A stretch of 63,931 nucleotides of DNA, counting the filler, from Intoshia linei (lineage: Eukaryota > Animalia > Orthonectida): NCBI GenBank assembly GCA_001642005.1. It is 6 parts of 6 records of this genome, joined end to end, with 100 filler letters (N's around TTAATTAATTAA, not from the genome) between each part and the next. Parts side by side here need not be neighbours in the genome. Positions count along the whole stretch, not along the records: positions 20,024 to 31,982 come from LWCA01001122.1; positions 32,083 to 49,005 come from LWCA01000834.1; 4 more parts are not named here. One strand, written 5' to 3'. This document shows, piece by piece, positions 28,914 to 39,754 of the stretch; position 1 is the first letter of the stretch, and every line of letters starts with the position of its first letter. The notes beneath the pieces were generated by a model. It was given only the letters and a program-made list of their open reading frames with translations. It did no database searches and had not been told where the DNA came from. The translations under genes and the position numbers were made by a program.

Positions 28914-29350
28914 TTGAAAGTCTCCCAAGCTTACAAATCTTTCCAAATCACCCGTTGTGGGACAACGTAGTATTTCAATTCTTTTGATAGGATCAGGCAT
29001 CAACCTGACTACACCGTGGAATTCGACCAGAATATTGCCACAGAAGTAGCTAACTGACGTTATCAATACTTTAGCTGACAAATTATATTGATCTGCCAGC
29101 GATTTTACAGTATGACTTGTTATATTTTGCTAGCGCAACTTATCAAGCTGTCGTCTCCCATAAATATAGCATACTGAATGTCTGTACATTCATTTATCAA
29201 GTCAGTACAGGATATCATGTTATAAATCGTGTTTACGATAGCTGTGCTTGGGTCACCGCTTTGTGTCTGACATGTTTTCTGGAAAGCTGTACCGTCTCTT
29301 GCCCTAGAAGTAGATACTTCGTGGAGTCTGTTCCATATGACACAATCGTT
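28914..29350 (-). other. Endogenous viral element: alpha-like (+)ssRNA virus RNA-dependent RNA polymerase fragment (motifs B-E)
   Basis: IWNRLH..QTQSGDPSTAIVNT (motif B) and YAIFMGDDSLI (motif C). After one frameshift near 29120: LADQYNLSAK (D), SYFCGNILV (E), PDPIKRIEIL and ERFVSLGD. Order and spacing match tobamo/virga-type RdRp. Visibly more GC-rich than its flanks. Confidence 0.9.
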
Positions 29351-29803
29351 TTTAGTCTTCACAGTTACAGTCAATGATGGGTTATTTAATTTTATTATAT
29401 CATTTTGTACGGTTTTAGATGTGCCATAGATGAAAATGTGATCTCTTAGTATATGATCTACTTCATCGTATTTGCACCGTTCCGCTGCTTTTCTAAGCCG
29501 GTATACGTAAATCTCTATATCTTCCTCCGATTTAATACGCATGGTAGAAAATTGTAGTCTTTCATACATTATATTTACTGAATCCCACGGAATTATTCAT
29601 ATTTTACTTCCTTAAGGTTAATTTTTGTTGCCCTCCTTTCCGATACACAATTTTAGTAAATTTAATTCGTCAGTTATTTCTGTATTTACTAGTTTTAGCA
29701 TAATAATGTTATCATCGAAATCATTAATCCATTCGTTTGGATTTTGGCTTAATTTGCCATGTAACTTTTTTATGGGTGGATTTATGATGAAATTTTCCGT
29801 CAT
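29351..29803 (-). mobile_element. Ty3/gypsy gag (frameshifted), fused in frame to the viral RdRp fragment
   Basis: EWINDFD..LLKLCIGKEG, then ERLQFSTMRIKSEEDIEIYVYRLRKAAERCKY..LRDHIFIYG..NPSLT, typical of gypsy gag capsid. Confidence 0.8.
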
Positions 29804-29831
29804 GGATTAATTAATTAAGCCATTAAATAAT

Positions 29832-29991
29832 TGTAATGTAACAGATAAGTAATATATAATATTTATTGAATTAATTAAGTTAACGTATAATAAATTATTT
29901 ACTACTATATTATTATATATTAATTCGATTTAAAAGTGTGATTTGAATTGAGTGATAATGAGAATAAGGTATGTACTTTATTAACATTACA
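29832..29991 (-). mobile_element. Putative 160-bp 5' LTR of the gag-EVE element
   Basis: Minus strand begins TGTAATGTTAA and ends TTACATTACA (TG...CA with terminal inverted repeat), about 30 nt upstream of the gag ATG. Confidence 0.6.
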
Positions 29992-30579
29992 GTGATGATA
30001 TATATTCAGTACCAATTTAATAAGTACTTAAAAATACCAATTATGTATCAATAACACAGTACAACATTTTTCGAAAAATTTCAAAATAGATTTTTCTAAC
30101 CTATATCGTTTTGTAGCTGGTATTCTTGTGATTCGAATAGTGTGGGTCACTTTATCAAGTCAGATCGACGTTTCGAGATATAATAGGAATAAAATACCAT
30201 AATTACAAAAAAGTTATATTGATTGTGATCTAAAACCCACTATTTGACCTTTAACAAAGTTATGGATTCAACCAAAAATTTTGCTTGTGGCAATATACGT
30301 ATGTATCTACCATAACGAGAAAAAAAATTGACAAAATTTAAAGTATTTGAGAATTTAGCCTGTGGCGTTCCTCTTATATTTATTTTAATTTATATTTAGT
30401 TATTTCTTTAGAAAAATTAGTATTTTTGAATAGATTTCTACTTTTATGAGTGATATATACATCCAAGAGTCTACTTTTCATTCTATCTTTAGCAATGCTA
30501 AGGTTAGATCGAGATTTTTTTTATACATTAAAAATAATGTAAAATTAAAATTTAATGAATTTTTGACAACAATCTAGAA

Positions 30580-31982
30580 TTTACAAACAAAATATAGTCA
30601 ATGATCATCGAATTCATTGATTTGCCTTTGAATCGGGTCTCAAATGTTTTCAAAGTTTGATGAAAGCGTTCACCATGCTCATCTGATATAAGTTGAGAAA
30701 CTGGTAATTGATCATAATGGCATTACAGCAGGTGCACTTTAAAACTCATCAAACAGTCTATTTTAGAATAAGAATTAAGCAAATATTCTATGTATCTTTT
30801 AGAATTTGGAAATTTGTTTTTACCTAATTAAAATTTTAGATTTTTATATGAAATTAATAACCTAGTACAAAGTTAACGACATACTTAAATGACCTTCATG
30901 CATTTAATTCATCAGGACATATACCGTTTTTAAATGTTTTAGACATAAAAAGTTGTTTGATTTCTGGCCCATTTAATACTTTTGCCAACAATTTTATTTT
31001 TGATAAATGTGGCAGAACATTTATTAAAGTAATACATGGTTGAGAAGGGTCGAGAGATCTTTTTCTTAACATTTTAAAAACTGTGAGCATAATCCGATTT
31101 TTAAGTGTAATGGAAGTAACAATATCCTATCAAATTTAATCAGAGCAACTTTCATAACATTATGTTGGTTGACTTACGTGTAGTCCACTCACATAATTGA
31201 TAATGATTAACTCGATCGGTAGCATTGAAATAACACCAATAACAGGGGTACTTAGTGTTACTCAATTGCATTCCTGTTAAAATCGTCATCATTTTTAGAT
31301 CTGCCATTATCATCCAGTTGTATGAATGATATTGAATTCGTAAAAAAAATTTTTTTATGTTATCATATGACTCATTCAATTTTCGTGAGTATGCTAATAT
31401 AATTGGATAGTAACATTTTTTGGAATTGATAATAATAACCTTCAGACTTGATGTACACCCATCTAGAAAAATGTACCAATCATCATACATATAATCGATA
31501 TTTAATATATCCATGAGATTTTTAAGATTGCTACAATATATCAAATCATCTTCAGTAACATAAAAACTTATGTATTCCCCACCTCTTATACGATGTAACG
31601 TAGATCTGACATCACTGTCGGTAATACCCCACGATTTGATCTTCGAAACAACTTTTTTACTCACTCCATATTTGGATGATGAGTTTCTTTAGTAAAGCTG
31701 GGGTCATTTAATAAATCAGAAGAATTACTTGTATCGATATATTATGAGGAGGTAGTCAAGTCCTCTGTAGATTCATTGATATATGGGATTGTTGATGATG
31801 GCAGTGTAGGGTAAATCTTCCAGTTGTTCACCTTTTTTAAATTAATATTTTTATATACGTAGCAATAATAACAATCACCTTTACAATTTGGTATAGTCTA
31901 TATTCTTGGAGTATTGAAATATTTTAGTGTAGATGCTTCTAACATCGGAATTTGGGCAGTGTTAATGCAAAAACAACATGGA
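30580..31982 (-). mobile_element. Decayed DNA transposase of the DEHGERFHQ family (tentatively Chapaev3/CMC-like), cut by the gap
   Basis: GDCYYC..YPTLPSS, IFLDGCTSSLK, ADLKMMTILTGMQLSNTKYPCYWC, LPLHLKIGL, NGPEIKQL, SLKVHL, SDEHGERFHQ. Multiple stops and frameshifts. Confidence 0.75.
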
Positions 31983-32082
31983 NNNNNNNNNNNNNNNNNN
32001 NNNNNNNNNNNNNNNNNNNNNNNNNNTTAATTAATTAANNNNNNNNNNNNNNNNNNNNNNNNNNNNNNNNNNNNNNNNNNNN

Positions 32083-33462
32083 AATTTTAGGTTTATAATA
32101 TATCATTATGGTGATGTAGTATTCTTGAACCTTTTTGACTTCATCCACTGTAATGTCAGGAGATGTGGTGTCGCCAAACAATGCTCTAAAACCATGCGTC
32201 AATATTATTTCCAATATATGATGACGACACGGCAAATTGAGTATATCATGTAAAAAATTGGTCAAAATTTTGACACTACCTATGTTTTTAGAAGTATTTG
32301 AATGGGTGGTATCATAACAACATCCGATTACTTAGATTATACATATTACATCGAGATTATACACAGTATTTGCTGTAGTGATACCTTTTCCTCCACATTG
32401 CTCAGGTACACCTAATATATATTCCTTACAGGTAAATACATCAATAATTACAACAGCTATCCGCTCGTACCCTTTTCGAAATGATTTACCATCATAATAT
32501 ACAATACATTGTTGGATGGAATCTATTTCAGTGTTGATTTTACATACTAAAATGAAACGATTTGACTGCCTTCTTCTTCTAACTGTTGATGAGGATATAT
32601 TTAAAGGTGAACTGGCACCTCTTAATGACACACCGCATTTATCAATTTTGTCTGTTCTTCTTCAACGATATCTTCATTTTGGTTAAGACAGTACGAGTAT
32701 TCAATTTTACTATATTCTCTTACCATTTGTTTAATTTTTTTCTTTTTAGCATATTCTTGCTTGACAGTTTTTAAATATTTTATTTCAAGATGAAGATGAT
32801 TTTCTAATTGAATATTTGTCACTACACCAGATGAATTTTTCTTTTGCATTTTAAAAAATTATAGGTCTTCTTTATATGTGATACTCTGGTAATCTTTGTA
32901 AAATTTGAACAAAATCTGCTAGAATTGATTCGCCTTTTTGCATTCCTGTAATTATTCCATAATACTTTTAATTTACTTTCTATTCTATCGACCAATACAG
33001 AATTTAAGCCAGACATTATACCAATTTTTTCAATTTCTGTAGAAATTAATCTAAAAGGTTTTATAACCTTATCGTGTTTTAATGCCAAAATTCTTTTTAA
33101 TACTTGACCATTAGTTGGAAAATTTTTCTGGTCAAAATTATAACCAATATAATGTTTCACATTAATGTTTTCACTTCGTAACTTCATTTAAGTCAATAAT
33201 TTACAAAATTTCGCAAATTCACGTTGATATATAATTGAATCTTTAATTAAGTTTAATTTAATTTAAAATCGTACATATTGACAATACAATTTATTTGCCA
33301 AATTAAACTTTATTACCACATAAATGTTTAAATCTTATTTTATCTTGCCCCACTTCAAAATAAGTTTATATCAAAAAATTTTTTCACTATGGTTTATGTT
33401 TTATAAAACTTCATCTATTTAACCTTAAAGTTCTTCGTAGTTACATACCGTGAAACACCCTA
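32083..33462 (-). mobile_element. Decayed DNA transposon (tentatively Sola2-like) with a GGGTGTTTCA terminus
   Basis: FPTNGQVLKR, YYDGK..ERIAV..LGVP..GKG, CYDTTHSNT, PCRHHILEIIL. Terminus TGAAACACCCTA near 33451-33462; similar ends occur at about 44418, 48917, 50544, 58219 and 60884. Confidence 0.7.
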
Positions 33463-33501
33463 ATGTATATAATACATTTTCAGCGTTTTTAATTGTTTCA
33501 G

Positions 33502-34614
33502 ATGTATTTGAAAATCCCATATTTTGGGCATTTCGTCAAATTTAACCTCAATTTAAAAAAAAATTTGGACGTGATTGAAAAATCATGTTGATATCACGTT
33601 GACCAGCTCATTCAGACGAACAAGAGGCAGTATCGGGTCTAAATGGGTACAGGGCGCAGCCGCCGATTTTATCGATGTCTCACCGGTTGAGTAACATTGT
33701 TATAATTATCATTTTTTTGTTGACCAATCCAATCTGCCAATAATGAAAAAATTTTTGAGTTGGAAACCTGATTTAATATTTAACTGAAACTTTTTTTTAG
33801 AAATTATTTTATTGTAGTGAACGAATTGATAAAATGCAAAAAGAAAATTGAAATTATGGATAAATGTATAATATAACTATGATAAATAATATAATTACAG
33901 CATATAAACAAGGAAGTATTGGTTTGGAAAAACTGTATGAAAAAAAAATAGTTCAAGTAAGAAATTTATAATGTATAACAAAAATAGTTATCAAACATGC
34001 ACGCTGAATTGATGGATTTTAATTTCTCATTACACAAAAAAATAAAATTAATTAATCAGGTATTTCGTATAGCAATCACTATATACAAAATTTAGAATAA
34101 ACAAAATTCTTTAATTTCGTAAAATTTCTTTTTATCGTATTAATTTGATTTAGCTATGGCTATATGGACGTCAATGTGAGTTGTGCAATACCAAGAGTCG
34201 ATCATTGCGGAAAAATATATTATGTTTATGAAGTACTTACCATTGAATTGAATTTTATTTATTTTTTTAGATCAAAGTAAATGTAAATAAAGACGAGTGG
34301 AAAGTTTACAGACGATACTCAGACTTTTACAACTTCCACCATGAAATGTGCACCAAAAATAAAATTTTCCACAATCTACATTTACCAAACAAAGAAATTT
34401 TTAATAAGGTAATTTCCAAATTACGAAGATATATTACGATTAGAACTCGAAAGTTTTAAAAACTCGAATACATCAACTACAAAATTATTTACAAAGAATG
34501 TTGATACTTAGTATAGTACCTCCCCTAAAAAAGGAAAGTTTACTAAAATTCAACATTCTAGTAATGAACAAAACTGACAAAATATATTGTAGATCGTACG
34601 AAAGTTCCGTATAA
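33502..34614 (+). CDS. SNX29: Sorting nexin 29-like (coiled coil plus PX domain; RUN-domain region apparently disrupted)
   Basis: From 33818: LYEKKIVQLSNMHAELMDFN (cf. SNX29 YEKKLIEVAEMHGELIEFN) and PX domain DEWKVYRRYSDF..HLPNK..QLQNYL. The segment at 33502-33650 gives PIFW/HFVKFNLN (cf. RUN-domain PVFWYYVKEVLN) only through a frameshift. Confidence 0.8.
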
Positions 34615-34629
34615 ATATATAATAAACTT

Positions 34630-34923
34630 TTAATGGGTAAATTTGCTCCATATGTGCATCAAGAAAACTAAAGCTATAAACACTATTGACGAAACGACGA
34701 CGGTGATGGGTCCTCTAAATAAAAACGAAATTATAAATCTAAACTTCATTTTATATTACACTTTAATTTGAGTGAGTTCTTCGTTGTAAAACCGCCAAGT
34801 AGAAGAAGACAGAGCTCCACCTGGTTTCTCTGACGGTCCGCGTCTACATTTATTTATTATTTTATTGCACTCTAGAAATAATTAATTAGAATACCTATTT
34901 TTTAAATTGGATCGAGATTTCAT
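34630..34923 (-). CDS. SEC61B: Sec61 translocon beta subunit, 65 aa, 3 exons (34923-34895, 34843-34760, 34714-34630)
   Basis: Spliced product MKSRSNLKNRRGPSEKPGGALSSSTWRFYNEELTQIKVGPITVVVSSIVFIALVFLMHIWSKFTH* carries the WRFY..KVGP..HIWxK signature. Absent from the ORF track. Confidence 0.93.
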
Positions 34924-35338
34924 ATTTTATAAAATTTATTTTGCAGTTTCTAAGTTGTGACGTGGTAAAATCACCTAAGCAATGATATATAATGTCATTC
35001 ATAGCAATCAAATTATGTGAACAATGTTTTTATACATTTTTTATTTAGATAATGCTCCTAATTATTAAACACCATTAGTAGTTCCGATTCTGACATTAAA
35101 CTTTAGAAATATATGACCTAAAATTTGTATTACTAACATTATTTTATTGCAAAAATGGTTCATATGCAACTATTCTAAATGACTAATACTAGGACAAGGA
35201 AAGTAATAAAAATTTTAGATTTAGTTGGAATTTAATTTATTTGGACAAGATCACATTGACTGAATAAATATTAGCAGATTGTAACTATACACTGCTTTGT
35301 TGATTATTAGAAGAATTGTACGCTTACATTTTTGTTAA

Positions 35339-38300
35339 ATGGGCTGTGTAGTTTCAAATCATGTTTTTAATAGCAACAATTTATGTACATCAAAGATTTC
35401 CAAGTGGCGAAAAAAACACCACAATTCAAATTTTTTGAACCAAAACTGTACTGAATCGTATGCGACCAAGGAATATTTAATTGATATATGGTCAAATATT
35501 CACGGAAAAAATAAATTGAATAAAAACGACTTCAATGCACTCGATTATGAGGCCCAAGTTATTGAAGATAACGTTAAGCGCAAATTTCTTGCTTGTCAGC
35601 ATATCGGAGATCGTCATTATGGAGGTAATTGTTAATTCATTAAACTCAGTGGTAACAAAGACTAGTTTAAACTTTGCGATATATAAGTGAAAACATAATA
35701 TAAAAATAACATTGCTAGTAGACCACTAAGCAATCAAGTTAGGTAATTAGTTCATTATAATTAATTGTATAACATTTTAAAATTTTGACGCTCAAATTGA
35801 TTATATTATCACTAATATAATTGGTTGATTTATTTTTTGAATTAATTTAATGGGGACATTGACGTGATAAAATTTTATTTATAACTAGGTTGACTTCTAT
35901 GCACTACATACAAACAACACCTGGCTCTGCTGAAGGCGGACATTTTTATTCTACAAAAAAATAAATTCAATAAGAAAATCTATCTTAAAAATGCTACTAT
36001 TCACTATTATTTATCCTTTCAAGGAGTGGTTCCTAAACTTGTTTCAGCTCGGACCGGTCATTTCACATTATCTTTTAATTTAAAATTAATTATTTTCACT
36101 TAATTTTATTTTAACATTTGGCTAAGAATTTTATGTAAAAATTATGCTCATATTTTTTTAATTTAATTTATTAGAGAGAATGAGTGTATAATCTTAAAAA
36201 TAAAGTAAAAACAGTGCATCCTAAAAATTATGTAAATAGCTTAAATTCCAGAAAAAATACAATTGTAAATAAACCTGTATTTTCATTGAGTAAAAAATAG
36301 TTTGTATCAATAATACTTTATCTATCTATTTATTTAATTAATCAGCACTTTAAAACATATTTCGGGTGAATTTTACCAACATTGTAATAAATATAAAAAT
36401 GATAACAACAAAGTTGTACTTTTAGAATTATGTAAAGCAGTGATTCTTAACCTGGGCGATAGCGCCCTCTTGGAGCGTTTTTATGGTCGAATGGGGCGAA
36501 AATATTTTTATCGTATCAGTTGGGATTTTTCTGAAGAAATTTCTGAGGATTTACTATTTGTTACAGAATTAAAACTTGATACAAGAATTTATTATAAAGT
36601 CTCCACAATTTTGAAATCAGTTTTAGACTATTTTAATGAAAACAACATTCCAATAAGCAACGTCATGGCTTGTGCAACTGATGGGCACCTGCCATGATAG
36701 GCCTACATCGTGGGTTTATCGTTCATTTAAAAAAATTAAATCTAAAATTGTTTGCAATACATTGTACAATGCATCGTACATCGCTAACACTTGGTTTCTA
36801 GAAATTTGAGTGATAAATTGTATGCTACACTAAATGTGGTTATTAAATGTGTTAATAAAATAAAATTCCACCCATTGAATGATAGAATTTTCTCAAATTT
36901 ATGTTTGGAAAATGATGATGAATTTCAAAAACTGTTAATGCATACTGAAGTTAGATGGCTCTCAAAAGGAAATTTTTTAAAGTGTTTTTATAATTTATAC
37001 GACTCTGTTACTGAATTTTTTATGAAAATTAATGATGAATTATATTATAAACTTGCTAATTTAAAATGCAATTTTTTTGATATTTTTGGAAAATTAAATT
37101 ATGTTAATTTACTATTACAAGGAAGTATATGTCTTATAAAGGTCAAGGGAGTAGTGTTATTATTCATTAATAAACTTGAATTTTACCGGACAGCATTTCA
37201 GAGACATGACGTGATTAATTTTGTTAATTTAAATAAATTCAAAGACAAATATTTTATTTTTGAAGATGATATGATTTGCTACTGTTCGCATCTTGCATCG
37301 TTAACGAATGATATGGTCATAAGATTCAAATACATTATTGAATTAGAAATACCAGAGTATGCAATAAATCCATTCAATGTTGATGTTAATTCAATTCTAT
37401 CGAATTTAGTAGAAGAATTGATTGACTTACAAAATGACATTAATGGACAATTCATTTTTAAACAAAAGGGTTAATCTACCAGATTTTTTCAAATAAAGAA
37501 TTCATATCCAAATCTTTGGAACGAAGTGAAATTGTTACTATTGGCCTTTCCATCTACTTACCTTGTTGAGAAAGGTTTTAGCGTAGTAACTGATCTTCAA
37601 TCCAAAAAGAGGAACAAACTACATTTATGAAAACGGGGTGACTTAAGATTATGCTCAACAAATATCGCTCCTGATATTGAAAAATTATCAAATAGTCATC
37701 AATATCAGGATAGCCATTAATAATAAATTTTATCTTTTCTTTGTAAAGCTTAAACATTTATAATGTCATGATTCCATTTAATATTTCTNTAGCCATTAAT
37801 AATAAATTTTATCTTTTCTTTGTAAAGCTTAAACATTTATAATGTCATGATTTCATTTAATATTTATTATTTCAAATTTGTTGTATTTATTCATTATAAT
37901 ATATTTTTTTTTTTTTTACATACTCAGTTTTTATCGTATTTGTTGTATATATTATTTTCATGATCCATCAAATTAAAAAAATAATGTCAAATTTCATTTG
38001 CATATTTCTTAAGATATCAAAAAAACAATTATTAATTGCTTTTTTTATTGTATTCCGTATCAATTCTACTGTTAAAAAAAATTGCTGCAAAAGATGCACT
38101 GCACATTTATAAACTTTGTAAATTAAAAAAAATATTGATTGTCTTTATGGGGGGATAATTTTTGTTGAAAATTGGGCGATTCACCACTAAAGGTTAAGAA
38201 CCACTGATTTAAAGTAAATATAGTTGTAGAATAAAATTTAATATCAAGTGATTTTAAACTCTTTTAAATGAAAAATTGCGTGAAATTGCGTGCCATGAAA

Positions 38301-39578
38301 GACTCAATTTCGTAAAATTATATTTGCGATAAAACACCATCCTTGAAAAACTGTGATAGCAATGTGGCATTTTTAAAACTCGACTCTTCTTAGATAAATT
38401 GGAACAAATAAATAATTAGACATTCATTTTTAACTAAATTACTTTATATATAAGTAAGGATATAAATTGGAATATTTAATTGTAGTTTTAATGTATCATA
38501 TACTTAATATAGTTAATTATAAAACCTAATATAAAATAAATTTAAAATTAAATTTTAGATATCCCAATCGACCCATCCCTCAACATTTGTATAGAAACCA
38601 TATTCACTCAGTTATACCGTAATAGAATAGCAAGAAATATTAAAAAACAGCGATCGGTAAATTTATGTGGATGGTATTTATCTATGATTTAGCGAAGTGA
38701 AGGCTTCAATGATTTGTTCAAAATTAAAAAGAAAATAAAAATGATTACTAGAACGTCATCTAATATTGATTTGAAACTCTGTAAGCCCCAAGAAAATGGA
38801 GATGTAACTCACTTAGACAAAGATTTAGTTATCGATGCCCTAAGTTATGCCATGATTATCCACATTTTATGTATAAGCAATATAAACGATAACGTAGAAC
38901 AGAAACTTAAAATATTCAACGAGGTTACTTTTATAGATTTTATAAACCTTTTTTAGTCTGGTAAACTAAATAATTTTAACAACATGAAGGAGATAAAACA
39001 ATTTTTATACAATATATTCAATACCAGTTTACTTTGTACGGAAATTGCCGTTATAGCTTTGGTTTGAATTTATATTATAGACCCTTACGTGATGTTTAGG
39101 TTTATATAGAAAGGTTGGTTATTTCATCCAAAATTCAAATATCAGAGTCAAACTGGCGAAGAATTTTATTGGGGGCAATTGCTTTAGCGTCAAAAGTTCA
39201 CGATGATCAAGCGGTGTGGAATATTGATTTTGTCGATATTGTAAAAAATATTGAAGTGAAACAAATGTAATTTTTTAATTAGTTTTGTAAATTTTTTATT
39301 ATTCATTAAAACATAGAAACACCATTGAACAAATATATTTGCAATATCTTCACTTTAACACGGATGTTGCAGCAAGTGTATATTCCAAATATTACTTTGA
39401 TATGAGATCGTTGTTTTATGTGTTTCAGAAAAACGATCAATACATATTTGAAATGTTCAATGTAGACAAAAATTTTACGTGCAAGGTTAATTATATATTC
39501 CAGTTAATTACTGAATTATAGGATAAAGACATGAGTGCATCAAAACACAGTATATTAAGCAGAATTAAAATTATTTGA
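35339..39578 (+). CDS. CCNY: Cyclin Y
   Basis: MGCVVS (myristoylation/palmitoylation-type start), QHIGDR, and cyclin box VYIERL..NWRRILLGAIALASKVHDDQAVWNIDF..YLHFNTDVAASVYSKYYFDMRSL. Intron 1 is about 2.9 kb and filled with TEs. Confidence 0.93.
35885..36430 (-). mobile_element. Helitron-family copy in CCNY intron 1
   Basis: A|CTAGGTTGACTTCTATGCACTACATACAAAC is the reverse complement of the family 3' end. Confidence 0.7.
36438..38206 (+). mobile_element. hAT Buster/Charlie-type transposon, internally deleted, in CCNY intron 1
   Basis: TIRs CAGTGATTCTTAACCT / AGGTTAAGAACCACTG. 8-bp TSD ATGTAAAG/ATTTAAAG with central TA. Motifs ACATDG, IHCTMHR, LMHTEVRWLSKG and AFPSTYLVEKGFS, with frameshifts. 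Confidence 0.92.
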
Positions 39579-39754
39579 TGTAGCTAAATGTTTTTTGTAC
39601 ATGTATAAATGTGATATACTTGTTGTTTCATATTTACTGTTTTTATCATAATAAATTTTATCAATCCCATTATATTTTCTTATTGATTATATTTAAATAT
39701 TTATGGAGACACATTATCTTTGATTATATGAAAGTTATTTATTTTATATAAAAA

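Noticed and set aside
29150-29158. GDD read as the retrotransposon's own RT active site
   Set aside because: Gypsy RT has YxDD preceded by PFGL. Here the context is SGDxxT..NT / MGDDSLI / YFCG, which is RdRp-specific.
29117-29377. 86-aa plus-strand ORF
   Set aside because: Antisense shadow of the GC-richer viral RdRp segment; no recognisable motifs.
37711-37868. ~78-bp tandem duplication around a single N (also 50888-51048)
   Set aside because: Near-identical copies split by one N are typical unmerged contig overlaps.
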